From Curvularia clavata (Eukaryota), in NCBI GenBank assembly GCA_023920165.1, contig CP089277.1, positions 186,001 to 250,000 of the forward strand: a DNA stretch of 64,000 nt, read 5' to 3'. The notes beneath the pieces are model-generated. The model was not told where the DNA came from. It saw only the letters and a list, made by a program, of their open reading frames with translations, and did not search any database. A program made the translations under genes and the position numbers. Shown here one piece after another: positions 62,923 through 64,000 of the stretch. Position 1 is the stretch's first letter, and each line of letters begins with the position of its first letter.

Positions 62923-64000
62923 TTACAATGGAGGCGCATTGGGGTCCTCCATGCACTGGTCAACGCGCATAAGCTGCTTTCCAGTCTTCTTGGCAATCTG
63001 GATGAACTCCCTCAAGTAGCTGACAGTGCTGGGGTAGAGGTAGTGCAGCACAACCAAGTTACCACCCTTATTGACGTCCCTCTGGAAGGCAACCTTTTGC
63101 TGCTCGGGGGTGTCGGTCTCGGCCCACAGCCAGTCCTCGACGTCGACGCTCCAGTTCACAATGTAGGCATCGTTTCCGACGGCCTTTGTGAGACGCGAGC
63201 GCATACGGGCACCCTCGTTGCCAAAGGGAGGACGGAAGTACTTGGTTTGGTAACCGTTGAACTGCGACTTCATGGCCTTGACGTCCTCGTTGTACTCCCA
63301 GTCGATGGAATCGTAGTCGGGAAGGCCCTCCATCTTGGGGTGGGTGAAGGAGTGCAGAGCAAGCTGGTGACCGGCAGCCTGCATCTCCTTGTAGACGTTG
63401 GTCAGGTTGGTGGAGGCGTCAAGAAGGGGAGCGCCAACAGTGAAGAAAGTAACCTTGATGTTCTCCTCGCGGATGATCTTTAGAACTTCCTGGGCGAGGT
63501 CAGGCTGACCATCGTCAATGGCAAAGGCAAAGGAGTTGGGGCGCTTGCAGGCAAAGACAAGGTTGCCGGTCTGGTCCTTCTGGGGGATCTTGACATCTGA
63601 TGGGACAGAGGATACAATTTCAATGACGGAGAGAGTGACGGACTGGGTCGTGTGGAAACCCTTGAGCGCAAAACCCACGACTCGGCTGAGGTTGATGTTG
63701 AAATGGCTAATGGGAATGTAGATGTGGCCGTTCTTGGCGTAGCGCTTGGCCTCGGCAGAGTCCCAGGTCTCGGGGTAAGGGGCGATGGCAGTGTCGCACT
63801 TGCTGTTGTGTTGTTGGAAGGCGATGGTAAAATCAGTGGTACCCGAGTAGGCAATGTGAAGGTAAGATCCCTTGTACTTTGTGAAGTCAGAGCATCCGCC
63901 GGACACCTGGGTATAGAAGGAGTAGTCGGCGTCGGTGGAGGTGATGGTAAGCTGGTTGTTGGCATACTTGAGAGTCATTCCCTCGTCACCGCCGTGCCAG
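62923..64000 (-). CDS. CE4 polysaccharide (chitin) deacetylase, 5' partial
   Basis: AIDDG, HSFTH, FRPPFG, DVEDW, LVVLH NodB motifs preceded by a beta-rich domain; runs off the window end. Confidence 0.9.
   Translation of the reverse strand, partial: WHGGDEGMTLKYANNQLTITSTDADYSFYTQVSGGCSDFTKYKGSYLHIAYSGTTDFTIAFQQHNSKCDTAIAPYPETWDSAEAKRYAKNGHIYIPISHFNINLSRVVGFALKGFHTTQSVTLSVIEIVSSVPSDVKIPQKDQTGNLVFACKRPNSFAFAIDDGQPDLAQEVLKIIREENIKVTFFTVGAPLLDASTNLTNVYKEMQAAGHQLALHSFTHPKMEGLPDYDSIDWEYNEDVKAMKSQFNGYQTKYFRPPFGNEGARMRSRLTKAVGNDAYIVNWSVDVEDWLWAETDTPEQQKVAFQRDVNKGGNLVVLHYLYPSTVSYLREFIQIAKKTGKQLMRVDQCMEDPNAPPL

Noticed and set aside
1..64000. tRNA, 5S/rRNA genes, autonomous transposase or Starship captain
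   Set aside because: No cloverleaf with A/B boxes, rRNA sequence, or DDE, RT or tyrosine-recombinase ORF recognised by eye.

Overview
Intron-rich filamentous ascomycete DNA (Pezizomycotina; gene content suggests Dothideomycetes/Pleosporales, which is inference). It carries about 27 apparently intact genes and 4 degenerate ones. Housekeeping genes: FAD2-family desaturase, carboxylesterase, Ubc6-type E2, heme oxygenase-like, CAP/PR-1, SSN3/CDK8, MFS transporter, RIB1, DsbA-like, RVS167, NFS1, VPS23, ELP2, URM1, TDP1-like, F-box-like, ATG22 and a CE4 deacetylase. Two accessory blocks are decaying: 13.9-21.1 kb (LysM effector, MITE, LysM-WSC, 2EXR pseudogene, killer-toxin-like chitinase remnant) and 46.9-50.9 kb. 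Most notable signals outside the ORF track: (1) a double-guide box C/D snoRNA in NFS1 intron 2, complementary to both 18S rRNA and U6 snRNA; (2) ELP2 and URM1 head-to-head with NFS1 nearby, covering both arms of tRNA wobble-U34 (mcm5s2U) modification; (3) a 253-bp MITE with CAC..GTG termini and a 5-bp TSD; (4) a divergent pair of related secreted Gly-rich repeat/propeptide proteins. All gene models were spliced by eye and no database searches were run.
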